From a virus, in IMG/VR virus record IMGVR_UViG_3300045988_063194, positions 1 to 40,041 of that record: a stretch of 40,041 bases of DNA; one strand, written 5' to 3'. Below, piece by piece: positions 1 to 6,691 of the stretch. The first letter of the stretch is position 1. Each line of letters starts with the position of its first letter. A model generated the notes under the pieces. The model did no database searches. It was not told where the DNA came from and saw only the letters and a list, made by a program, of their open reading frames with translations. The translations under genes and the position numbers were made by a program.

Positions 1-55
1 TCTGGCGGTTTCCAAAAGTGCCTCCAGCGGGACTCGAACCCACCGGCGAAAAGCC
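1..55. repeat. attL core: 55-bp direct repeat identical to 39987..40041
   Basis: tctggcggtttccaaaagtgcctccagcgggactcgaacccaccggcgaaaagcc occurs at both ends. Positions 19..55 are a duplicated tRNA 3' fragment (variable arm, T-arm, acceptor 3' strand). The integrase stop codon (56..58) directly abuts the repeat. Confidence 0.9.
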
Positions 56-1225
56 TCAGCCACCAACCGTTTCAACGGTTCCATCGACACCTTGCGTCAC
101 GTTTGCCCACATTTTGCCCACATTCCGCGAAAAAAGCAAACCACCCATCCTCTCCGACAACTCGTCCAGATCATCGTCGAAAAGGTCGGCATACACGTCG
201 AGCGTCATGGCGGCGGACTTGTGCCCCAATTGCCTTTGCACGGTCTTGACATTCGCGCCGGACTGCACCATGAGCGAAGCGGCCGTATGTCGTAGATCGT
301 GAATCGTCATGTGGCCACGCTCCACGCCCGCGCGACGAAGAGCCACCGCGAACCATCCATCGCTTCGCGTCGGATTCCAGCCGTTTCCCATCGGCTCGTC
401 CAAAGGCTCGCCGGGAGCGGTGAAAAGGAAATCGGACGGCCTGCGCCCCTCGCATTGCCTGGCGAGCAGTGGACGCAACACCAGTGGGAACATCACCGAA
501 CGTCCATCATGGGTTTTCGGATCCGTCTCCACCATCTCGCTGGACAGTCTGGTGATGCTACGCCAGATGTGGAGCCTGCATCGTTGCAGGTCAACGTCCT
601 CCACACGCAGTGCGACGAGTTCGCCCCAGCGCATGCCGCACAGGCCCAAGGTCAGCACGATCGGCTCACGCCAACCGCACTGCATCGCCACACGAGACAA
701 TTCGTCGGCCGACAGATAGACATGCTTCCGCACCTGCTTTCGCGGCAGCTCGATGCCGTCGCATGGATTGTCGTGGATGCACCGATCGGCCTTTGCCCTC
801 TCCATGAGACTGCGGAGCAGATTCTCGGCGCGAATCGTCACGGACGCGCTGCGCCGTCCGGCCAGATCGGTGACCCACCGCTGCACTTCGTCGCGTGTGA
901 TTGACTGCATCTCCCTCATGCCCCACTGCGGCTCCACATGCACGCGCCAAGCGTCTTCCAGCGACTTGATGTAGCTTGGCTTCGCTTTGGTCTTCTTGGC
1001 GGCCAGCCACGGCTCCCAGAAGTCCTCCACGAGCCTGCGCCCGGCCTGTGGGTCGATGTAGGCTCCGACGCTTTTCGCGGTGGTCACATTGGCCGCTCCC
1101 CACGCATCGGCGTCCATCTTGCGTTTGAAGCCACGCCTTCCGGTGGATGAGCCGTCGGGCTTGCGGTAGCGCACCTCGTATCTTTTTCCGGCTTTGGTGG
1201 CGTATTGGCGGATCGTGTAGGCCAT
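56..1225 (-). CDS. int: Tyrosine site-specific integrase
   Basis: 389 aa. N-terminal SAM-like/arm-binding region (AYTIRQYATKAGKRYEVRYRKPDGS). C-terminal catalytic region with RWGEL, HDLRHTAAS and LGHKSAAMTLDVYADL (R..HxxR..Y). RBS GAAGGGGAGAG precedes the ATG at 1225. Confidence 0.95.
   Translation of the reverse strand: MAYTIRQYATKAGKRYEVRYRKPDGSSTGRRGFKRKMDADAWGAANVTTAKSVGAYIDPQAGRRLVEDFWEPWLAAKKTKAKPSYIKSLEDAWRVHVEPQWGMREMQSITRDEVQRWVTDLAGRRSASVTIRAENLLRSLMERAKADRCIHDNPCDGIELPRKQVRKHVYLSADELSRVAMQCGWREPIVLTLGLCGMRWGELVALRVEDVDLQRCRLHIWRSITRLSSEMVETDPKTHDGRSVMFPLVLRPLLARQCEGRRPSDFLFTAPGEPLDEPMGNGWNPTRSDGWFAVALRRAGVERGHMTIHDLRHTAASLMVQSGANVKTVQRQLGHKSAAMTLDVYADLFDDDLDELSERMGGLLFSRNVGKMWANVTQGVDGTVETVGG
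102..123. repeat. Putative integrase arm-type binding sites (tandem TTTGCCCACAT x2), left arm
   Basis: A perfect tandem 11-mer lies 47 bp inside attL. The 17-mer gcccacattttgcccac recurs at 39881..39897, inside attR. In the circular phage both would flank the core, as P and P' arms do. Confidence 0.55.
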
Positions 1226-1298
1226 GCTCTCCCCTTCGTTTGCGTGGCATCAAGTCTATCAATCCACTGATTTTTCCTGTGTTTTCTTGTGTTTTGAC

Positions 1299-1327
1299 TT
1301 GCATTACTTTATTTACTGTGCTAATAT
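1299..1327 (+). promoter_or_regulatory. Candidate sigma70-type promoter (TTGCAT-17-TAATAT with TGC extended -10) for the plus-strand mini-operon
   Basis: -35 TTGCAT at 1299..1304. TGCTAATAT at 1319..1327. It lies in the AT-rich int-divergent intergenic region, about 28 nt upstream of the ATG at 1355. Confidence 0.45.
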
Positions 1328-1354
1328 AGTTTATATCAAGGAAAGGAGGTGAAC

Positions 1355-1474
1355 ATGACACCATCGGAGATAATCACCAGCATCTCGCTTCTCGTCGCGA
1401 GCATCGCGGCCCTCATCAAAGCAGTGACCGGACTCATCAAGGAGATGAGACGGAAACCGAAGAAGAGGAAGTGA
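1355..1474 (+). CDS. 39-aa hydrophobic peptide with a basic tail (MTPSEIITSISLLVASIAALIKAVTGLIKEMRRKPKKRK)
   Basis: Below the ORF-track length cutoff. Very strong RBS AAGGAAAGGAGGTGAAC before the ATG. One predicted TM helix followed by an RRKPKKRK tail. Confidence 0.6.
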   Translation: MTPSEIITSISLLVASIAALIKAVTGLIKEMRRKPKKRK

Positions 1475-1479
1475 GCAAG

Positions 1480-1508
1480 GGTTCCGGCCAGACCTAGGGG
1501 CCGGAACC
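1480..1508 (+). promoter_or_regulatory. Perfect 10-bp stem-loop (ggttccggcc / ggccggaacc) between the two small ORFs
   Basis: Inverted repeat read directly. No U-tract follows, so it is more likely an attenuator, processing site or stabiliser than a full terminator. Confidence 0.4.
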
Positions 1509-1522
1509 CCATATCTCCGATT

Positions 1523-1678
1523 ATGCCATGGGACATCATGAGAACGGAATCGATAGTCAGCGCGGTGTTCGCGCTCGGAACCGCCGCCAGCGCATGGTTT
1601 GGCTGGCCGTTCGCACTCACCGCCGGATGTGCCATCGTCAGCGCCGTCTTCGCGCTCATCGCCGGAAGGAAGGACTGA
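1523..1678 (+). CDS. 51-aa small membrane protein (MPWDIMRTESIVSAVFALGTAASAWFGWPFALTAGCAIVSAVFALIAGRKD)
   Basis: Below the ORF-track cutoff. Two hydrophobic segments. It stops 1 nt before the ATG of the next gene. The start could instead be the internal ATG at 1538. Confidence 0.45.
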   Translation: MPWDIMRTESIVSAVFALGTAASAWFGWPFALTAGCAIVSAVFALIAGRKD

Positions 1679-1679
1679 C

Positions 1680-1892
1680 ATGGCCGTCGAATACCTGAGC
1701 GTCACCGACGTGGCCAAGCGCCTCGGCATCAGCACCGCCGCCGTCAGCGCCTACAAGCTCCCCCAGCCGGACGCCACCATCGGACGCACGCGCGGCTGGC
1801 TCCCCGAGACCATCGACCAATGGAACGCGCAGCGCCCAGGACGCGGCGTCGGCGGAGGCAGGCCACGCAAACGCAAACACAAGACCGAATAA
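1680..1892 (+). CDS. Helix-turn-helix DNA-binding protein, excisionase-like
   Basis: MAVEYLSVTDVAKRLGISTAAVSAYKL... is an MerR/Xis-type HTH followed by a basic tail (GGGRPRKRKHKTE). RBS GGAAGGAAGGA. Its position next to int fits an excisionase. Confidence 0.6.
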   Translation: MAVEYLSVTDVAKRLGISTAAVSAYKLPQPDATIGRTRGWLPETIDQWNAQRPGRGVGGGRPRKRKHKTE

Positions 1893-1937
1893 ACACGAAA
1901 ACGCCCCTCCCCCAGCTTAAGAGCTGAGAGAGGGGCG
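1893..1937 (-). terminator. Intrinsic terminator after the N6-methyltransferase gene (also closes the plus-strand xis-like operon)
   Basis: Stem cgcccctc...gaggggcg with an inner cagct/agctg pairing. On the minus strand it is followed by TTTTCGTGTTT. Confidence 0.6.
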
Positions 1938-1990
1938 ATGTTACATGTGGGCGCAAAATATTCCAACAGGATTTAAACTGCGCGATTTTT

Positions 1991-2755
1991 TCATGCGAGG
2001 TTTTCGATGATCCGCTTCTCGGAATCGCTGAGCGGCCATACCGTCACATCTTCCGCGGCCTTCAGTTCCGCGGCCTTAGCTTCGCTCAGGAGATAGCCGC
2101 CGCCGTAGATGGCCTTCTTCACGGCCTTCTGCGAGTCGAGAGCCCTCGTGAACGCAACGTCCGAAGCCTTGACGCAGAACTCGACCTGCCTGCCGATCTT
2201 CCCGAGCCTGCTCACGGTAAGCAGTTCACGCGGATACGCGTATTTCGGCGGATGCCTGCGCTGCTCTTTCCTGACGCGCTTCACGGTCTCGTCGATCGCG
2301 TTGGCCAGATCCGGCGCGGTGCGGATCAGGTCATCACCGAAACTCGTCACGAACGACGTGTTGACCTGCGCGCCGTTCGCGTATTCGATGGTCGAATCCG
2401 TGACGATCATGTGCGCCCCATTGCGCGACGTGCTGGAGAAGATCGTGAGATACGGCGCGAACAGGAAGAACGGAATTTGCTCCGTCCGATAGAACGTGCA
2501 GATCTTCGACAGGATGCTGAACGGCGGATTATCCACAACCACCGCACCGCCCGAATAGTCGAACCGCTCGTAGTCGCCGCCCGGATAGAACGGGCGCACC
2601 ACCTTGCTGGGGTCTATACCGTATTCCCGGCAAGCCCAGTCTTTTATCACCCCATACACTGCGGGGGGGGTGTAGCAGTCATCCGTGGTCTTCTTCGGCT
2701 TGAATTTCTCCACGAACGACCCATAATCGTCAATCGTCTGCTGTCTGATGCCCAT
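1991..2755 (-). CDS. Orphan N6-adenine DNA methyltransferase (phage Dam-like family)
   Basis: Start taken at MGIRQQTIDDY (RBS AGGA). Motifs TDDCYTPPAVY and the catalytic VVDNPPFS (NPPF, motif IV). No cognate nuclease is adjacent. Contains a C8 tract (2663..2670). Confidence 0.8.
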   Translation of the reverse strand: MGIRQQTIDDYGSFVEKFKPKKTTDDCYTPPAVYGVIKDWACREYGIDPSKVVRPFYPGGDYERFDYSGGAVVVDNPPFSILSKICTFYRTEQIPFFLFAPYLTIFSSTSRNGAHMIVTDSTIEYANGAQVNTSFVTSFGDDLIRTAPDLANAIDETVKRVRKEQRRHPPKYAYPRELLTVSRLGKIGRQVEFCVKASDVAFTRALDSQKAVKKAIYGGGYLLSEAKAAELKAAEDVTVWPLSDSEKRIIENLA

Positions 2756-2765
2756 TTTGAAAGTC

Positions 2766-2803
2766 CTAAAAGCAAAGCCCCTCCTCCATGATGGAGAAGG
2801 GGC
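2766..2803 (-). terminator. Strong intrinsic terminator between the holin and the methyltransferase gene
   Basis: On the minus strand: GCCCCUUCUCC-AUCA-UGGAGGAGGGGC followed by UUUGCUUUU. It ends about 10 nt before the methyltransferase RBS. Confidence 0.7.
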
Positions 2804-2893
2804 AAAAGTTAAAAAACGGGTGTAAAAAATTCCACGGACACTACAGTGCCGCAAATTTTTCCACATCCGAGTTTGAGTCTCACGCCAAAAAAA

Positions 2894-3172
2894 TTAATCA
2901 CGGCGCAGCGGATTGTAGGCTACTCCGAGACCGCTGGCGATGAAGCCGGCCACGGTCGAAATGTAGCCGCCGATCGCGGCGTCGCCGAAGGTCATGAAAC
3001 CCAAGCCGACGCATGAAGCGATAAGACCGGCAACGTAGACCACGGTGCGCACGCCCTTGGAAAAGACGGGCGTGTAAGCCGTCGGCTGCTGGTTGTCCTG
3101 ACCATCCTCACGCTCGTTGGTCAGATTATTGACGGTGGTCTCCAAAGTCGTCGGAGCTGCATGCTGAGCCAT
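2894..3172 (-). CDS. Holin-like membrane protein (2 TM)
   Basis: Start at MAQHAAPTT (RBS GAGGGAGGA). Hydrophobic segments VVYVAGLIASCVGLGFMTF and GGYISTVAGFIASGLGVAY. Lies immediately downstream of the endolysin. Confidence 0.6.
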   Translation of the reverse strand: MAQHAAPTTLETTVNNLTNEREDGQDNQQPTAYTPVFSKGVRTVVYVAGLIASCVGLGFMTFGDAAIGGYISTVAGFIASGLGVAYNPLRRD

Positions 3173-3182
3173 CTGTCCTCCC

Positions 3183-3983
3183 TCAGAATCGGTTTTGATT
3201 GAGTGCTGTCTGCAAGGCCCGAGCCGTGCCGGGGCCGAAGCTCGCATCCTGCGCCAGACCGTAATGCGCCTGGATGGCGCGAATGGTGGCCGGACCGAGC
3301 AGTCCGTCAGCGCCGCAGCCGAGTCGGCGTTGCACGGCGCGGATCAGATCACTGCCGCCAGCACCGTAGCGGACCACCGAGCTGTCGATTGCCGGACGCG
3401 CGTAGGTCCTGCCGTCCGGCACCTGCTGGCCGCTGATGATGCCATCCACCGTAGTGCCCATGACCTGCTGCCAACGGCGGACAGTGGCCGGACCAACATT
3501 GCCGTCCACTGCGATAGCACCGGAATTGGCGGCTGGAGCGGAAGACTGGGCGCCCTGGTATCTCAGATAGCAATTCCACGGGTAGCTGTAATAGCCCCTG
3601 ATATTGGTCTCGCGGCCGGTCTGGTCTCCGGCCTTGCCGTATGCGGTGCCACGCTCGCTGATGGACGCCTGCGCGAGCCTGCCGCCACCAAGATAGACCG
3701 CGACGTGGTGCACATCGTTAAGCAGGATGTCGCCCGGCTGCGGATTGCCATTCGCGGGCAGACGCTTCCAGCCGCGACGAGTCAGATTGTCGCTCAGATT
3801 GCCGGTGTAGGTGGCCGTGCCGGTATCGAATCCCGCCTCGCGCAAGGCGTGGATGACCAGACTGGAGCAGTCGCAGTTGCCCGCCGATGGGTTGAAGTTC
3901 CAGCGGTCCGCCTGCGAATAGCCCAAGTTGGCCACGGCGCACCAGTAGCGCATGCGGTTGATCAAAGTGCCGACGCTCGCCAT
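3183..3983 (-). CDS. Endolysin: NlpC/P60-type cysteine peptidase plus two peptidoglycan-binding repeats
   Basis: N-terminal CDCSSLV...HHVAVYLGG (Cys/His peptidase). C-terminal VDGNVGPATVRRWQ and ADGLLGPATIRAIQ are PG_binding_1-like repeats. Confidence 0.85.
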   Translation of the reverse strand: MASVGTLINRMRYWCAVANLGYSQADRWNFNPSAGNCDCSSLVIHALREAGFDTGTATYTGNLSDNLTRRGWKRLPANGNPQPGDILLNDVHHVAVYLGGGRLAQASISERGTAYGKAGDQTGRETNIRGYYSYPWNCYLRYQGAQSSAPAANSGAIAVDGNVGPATVRRWQQVMGTTVDGIISGQQVPDGRTYARPAIDSSVVRYGAGGSDLIRAVQRRLGCGADGLLGPATIRAIQAHYGLAQDASFGPGTARALQTALNQNRF

Positions 3984-3985
3984 GC

Positions 3986-4105
3986 TCAGTCCTCCAATCC
4001 CTCTACGGCCTTGGCCGCATCCTCCTCGGACACGACCGGAATGTCTGCGGGCGGCAGACTGTCGCCCTGCGGTGTCATTTCAGGTGTCATGACGGTATCG
4101 TCCAT
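3986..4105 (-). CDS. 39-aa acidic protein (MDDTVMTPEMTPQGDSLPPADIPVVSEEDAAKAVEGLED)
   Basis: Below the track cutoff. RBS GGAAGGGAGAG. Stops 2 nt before the endolysin ATG. Confidence 0.4.
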   Translation of the reverse strand: MDDTVMTPEMTPQGDSLPPADIPVVSEEDAAKAVEGLED

Positions 4106-4135
4106 GACGCTCTCCCTTCCGCCCCTTCACGGGGC

Positions 4136-4164
4136 AAATAGAAAAGCCACCCCGTAGGGTGGCC
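4136..4164 (-). terminator. Intrinsic terminator between the small-ORF module and the lysis genes
   Basis: GCCACCC-UACG-GGGUGGC followed by UUUUCUAUUU on the minus strand. A second short hairpin, GCCCC-GUGAA-GGGGC, follows. Confidence 0.6.
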
Positions 4165-4186
4165 TTGGTTTTGAAAAAAATCGATG

Positions 4187-4270
4187 TCAGCGCATGTGCG
4201 CCGAATGGTTGAAGATCAGGATGAGCGCGAGCAGGATGAGATACGCGCCCAATGCGACTGGGCCGCTCAT
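4187..4270 (-). CDS. 27-aa hydrophobic peptide (MSGPVALGAYLILLALILIFNHSAHMR)
   Basis: Below the track cutoff. Its ATG overlaps the upstream stop (ATGA). A single TM helix. Confidence 0.4.
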   Translation of the reverse strand: MSGPVALGAYLILLALILIFNHSAHMR

Positions 4271-4656
4271 TGCCGGTCCTCCAAGTATTTTTCGGCGGCA
4301 GCGACTATCCAGCATTGCGCGTCCAATTTCTCAAGCTTCGACAGCTCGTAGCTGACGGCCTCGCTGTGGTCGGTGTCCTTGTCGCCGTAGATCAGGCTGA
4401 TGATCGTGTTTTTGATCGTGTCCCGGCAGAGTTCGTCCATACGGTCGTCGATTTTCGATGTCCGCTCTCCCAAGGTCCGGGTCTTGGCGAAATGCTGCGA
4501 GAGCGGACTGTCGTATGGCAGGCGTTCGGGCCGCACGTGCGCGTACAGGCCGGTCGCCAACGCGTCCAAAGCGCCCGGCCAAACTTTAAGTCCGAGCGTG
4601 ATGAGGGCGCACGCGCCGCCCACACCGCCGAAACCGGCTAGAAAATTCTGCAACAC
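4267..4656 (-). CDS. N-terminally membrane-anchored protein (holin-like or lysis/exclusion accessory)
   Basis: A GTG start 7 nt after AAGGAG gives MLQNFLAGFGGVGGACALITLGL (TM helix), then a soluble domain of about 100 aa. Function not recognisable. Confidence 0.5.
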   Translation of the reverse strand: MLQNFLAGFGGVGGACALITLGLKVWPGALDALATGLYAHVRPERLPYDSPLSQHFAKTRTLGERTSKIDDRMDELCRDTIKNTIISLIYGDKDTDHSEAVSYELSKLEKLDAQCWIVAAAEKYLEDRQ

Positions 4657-4675
4657 ATTGCATCTCCTTAAAAAA

Positions 4676-5086
4676 TCAGTTTTGCCGTGGCATGATGTCG
4701 CCGTCGAACCAGTCAAGGCCGTACTGCTGCAAGCGTTTCCAATCGTCCTGCGAGTACAAGCCGATCCGGTTGACCGTCGCTGAAACGCCCTTGCCGCCGC
4801 TGCAGTGCAGCGAGCAATTGCCTGTGCCCTTGTAGACGCCAGCCAATGTCGTGGAACTTTTATATATCACCTGGCAGCCTTCCAGGTCGAAGGCGTCGCG
4901 TCTGTCCGTGTTGAAATCAACCGCAATCACACAGCCTTGTTTGATTCCGTTCAATACCGCAGCCCAGACGTTGGCGTTGCCGGTGTAGACGTATTTGCCG
5001 TCGCTGTTTTGATTGGCGTCACAATTCCAATTGTCGAGTTGCCGCAAGGCTTTTGGATCGGCATATAGGTTGGTGATGAGGCTCAT
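4676..5086 (-). CDS. Small paralogous tail-associated (receptor-binding/CBM-like) protein, copy 3
   Basis: Start MSLITNLYADPK (RBS GGGGGTGA). Ends WFDGDIMPRQN. Shares N- and C-terminal motifs with 5106..5474 and 5502..5999. Confidence 0.6.
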   Translation of the reverse strand: MSLITNLYADPKALRQLDNWNCDANQNSDGKYVYTGNANVWAAVLNGIKQGCVIAVDFNTDRRDAFDLEGCQVIYKSSTTLAGVYKGTGNCSLHCSGGKGVSATVNRIGLYSQDDWKRLQQYGLDWFDGDIMPRQN

Positions 5087-5105
5087 GCCATCACCCCCAA
5101 GAGGG

Positions 5106-5474
5106 TCAGGCGCGCGGCATCGTATCCCCGGTGAAATATCCGATGCCGTCGAGCAGGGTCTTGTTCGCCTGGTATTCGCCCAGCTCGCACAGGACCATGC
5201 TCGACACCTTGACGGTCGGACTGCCGGATATGACATTGTAGTTCATGCTCATCGGATTCGATGCCGTGGCCGTGAAGGCCCATCCGATGCGTTGACTCTT
5301 GCTGAAGATGCCTGGACAGGAGGCTATCGTGATGGAGCCGCCCGACACGTCCAGCCAGACCGTGCACCAGTATGCGACGCCAATCTGCTTTCCGACGGTC
5401 GAAATCGGCGTGTACTCGCCCGGCTTCAGCGTGACGTTGCGTCTTGGATTGCTTATCAGGTTCGTGATTATCAT
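5106..5474 (-). CDS. Small paralogous tail-associated (receptor-binding/CBM-like) protein, copy 2
   Basis: Starts MIITNLISNPR and ends GYFTGDTMPRA. The core is divergent. Confidence 0.6.
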   Translation of the reverse strand: MIITNLISNPRRNVTLKPGEYTPISTVGKQIGVAYWCTVWLDVSGGSITIASCPGIFSKSQRIGWAFTATASNPMSMNYNVISGSPTVKVSSMVLCELGEYQANKTLLDGIGYFTGDTMPRA

Positions 5475-5501
5475 CGGACATCACCCGCCCGACGGACGCT
5501 C

Positions 5502-5999
5502 CTATGCGCGCGGCATCGTGTCGCCCGCGAAGAAGCCCGGAAGCCCCCCCCCAACGGCGGCGTCATACGTGTCGGCACGCTCGATGAGAATATCGCTCAT
5601 CATGCCTATCGCGCCGACCACGCGGCCTGCTGCGATTCGGACGAGCAGCTGGTCAGTGTTGGATGGGATGGTGATGTTCTGGTTGATCGTGATGGTCATG
5701 TCGTCACCTACCGGCACGTCCAATAACATGCGGTACGTGCCGTCCACTCTGGCGTAGATTTGAAAATCGGCGGTGGCTTTCTGCGCGTAGGTTAGTGCGT
5801 GCACGTGGTAGGTTCCGGCAGGCTGCAGTCGCGATTCCAACAGGGTGTATTGTCCGTAGTTGTTACCGGCCGCGACGCTGGTGGCCCGCAACCAATTGCG
5901 GTTGTTCACGACCGGGTAGTCGATCTTCGCGTTGTTGCCCGTCTCGATTTTCATGGTGCCGGTGATGAGCGGGTCGGGAAACCAGTTAATCCTCTGCAT
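5502..5999 (-). CDS. Small paralogous tail-associated (receptor-binding/CBM-like) protein, copy 1
   Basis: Start MQRINWFPDPLITG (RBS GGAGG). Ends GFFAGDTMPRA. A G9 coding-strand tract (5544..5552) lies 12 codons before the stop. Confidence 0.6.
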   Translation of the reverse strand: MQRINWFPDPLITGTMKIETGNNAKIDYPVVNNRNWLRATSVAAGNNYGQYTLLESRLQPAGTYHVHALTYAQKATADFQIYARVDGTYRMLLDVPVGDDMTITINQNITIPSNTDQLLVRIAAGRVVGAIGMMSDILIERADTYDAAVGGGLPGFFAGDTMPRA

Positions 6000-6174
6000 T
6001 CGCAGCCTCCTTATCAAGGCTGTTATCGAGACTGTCGAGCACATCCTGCGGGATCAGTTTCATGGCCGCCGCGAGTTGGCTGGTCAGGATTGCGATTTGC
6101 TTGTTGAGTGCGCCGATCTGTTGCGAGAGCTGGTCGATGACGTCGTTCGCGTCGGCTGGAATCTGCTGAGTCAA
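5986..6174 (-). CDS. 62-aa coiled-coil protein
   Basis: TTG start 5 nt after AAGGAG. Heptad-like sequence LSQQIGALNKQIAILTSQLAAAMKL. Confidence 0.5.
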   Translation of the reverse strand: MTQQIPADANDVIDQLSQQIGALNKQIAILTSQLAAAMKLIPQDVLDSLDNSLDKEAANAED

Positions 6175-6185
6175 AATGTCTCCTT

Positions 6186-6223
6186 AAATACGAAACCCCC
6201 GCAATCCGTGTGGATTGCAGGGG
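6186..6223 (-). terminator. Intrinsic terminator inside the late region
   Basis: CCCCUGCAAUCC-ACAC-GGAUUGCGGGGG followed by UUUCGUAUUU on the minus strand. Confidence 0.6.
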
Positions 6224-6245
6224 TTGAAAAACCGGGAAATACGGG

Positions 6246-6680
6246 TTAGTCGGCGGCGGTCATCGTGTCGATACGAGTCACGGCCTTAAGCTCTTCCAAG
6301 GTGAGGGTGCGTCCGAGATTCGTCTTCACGTCCGTGATTGTCACGGTCTTGCCGGTCTGGTCGAACGTGGCGAGCACGCCACGCTGGTAGTCGCGCCACG
6401 ATTCGGCGGTGCCGTCAGCGCTGGAATATTCGAGTCCGAGGCGGCACAATTCCGCCTTCAGGCTCTCGGACGGCGGGCGCAGGTCAAGCACGCCGGAAGC
6501 CGACACGTCGGAATCATCCTTGCCATCACGACCGGCAAGAGCGGTGACGTTCCCCGCCTGCACGCTGTCCGCAGTCAATTTGTCCGTTGCCACAGCGTCG
6601 GCCGTCAGCTTCACGGTCGTCACGCCGTTGGCCGCGATCTTGTCCGCCGTGGTCGCATTCTCATTGTTTTCGTCAGCCAT
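6246..6680 (-). CDS. Tail-fibre-like protein carrying the same V-T-x-x-K-L-T-A-D repeats as the large fibre
   Basis: Start MADENNENATTADKIAANGVTTVKLTADAVATDKLTADSV (RBS AAGGAG). Confidence 0.55.
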   Translation of the reverse strand: MADENNENATTADKIAANGVTTVKLTADAVATDKLTADSVQAGNVTALAGRDGKDDSDVSASGVLDLRPPSESLKAELCRLGLEYSSADGTAESWRDYQRGVLATFDQTGKTVTITDVKTNLGRTLTLEELKAVTRIDTMTAAD

Positions 6681-6691
6681 AATCAATCTCC

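Noticed and set aside
1331-1735. Minus-strand ORFs 1331..1735 and 1336..1659 as real genes next to int
   Set aside because: They have no RBS and their translations are compositionally odd. The plus strand carries three ORFs with strong RBSs, a promoter and tight coupling, which explains the open antisense frames.
3195-4157. Long antisense ORFs, such as 3195..4157 (+), 15167..16312 (+), 19463..20737 (+), 23293..24327 (+), 30481..31773 (+) and 37417..38208 (-)
   Set aside because: - They are shadow ORFs of a high-GC genome.
- Their translations are Arg/Gly/Ala/His-rich low-complexity sequence with no motifs or RBS.
- Each lies opposite a gene with clear homology-type motifs.
4676-6044. Rin-type shufflon or invertible receptor-binding cassettes, as described for some Bifidobacterium prophages
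   Set aside because: The conserved 14-15-nt 3' sequences are in direct orientation, not inverted. Every cassette has its own RBS and start. No invertase or recombinase gene lies nearby; the only recombinase is the attL-proximal integrase.
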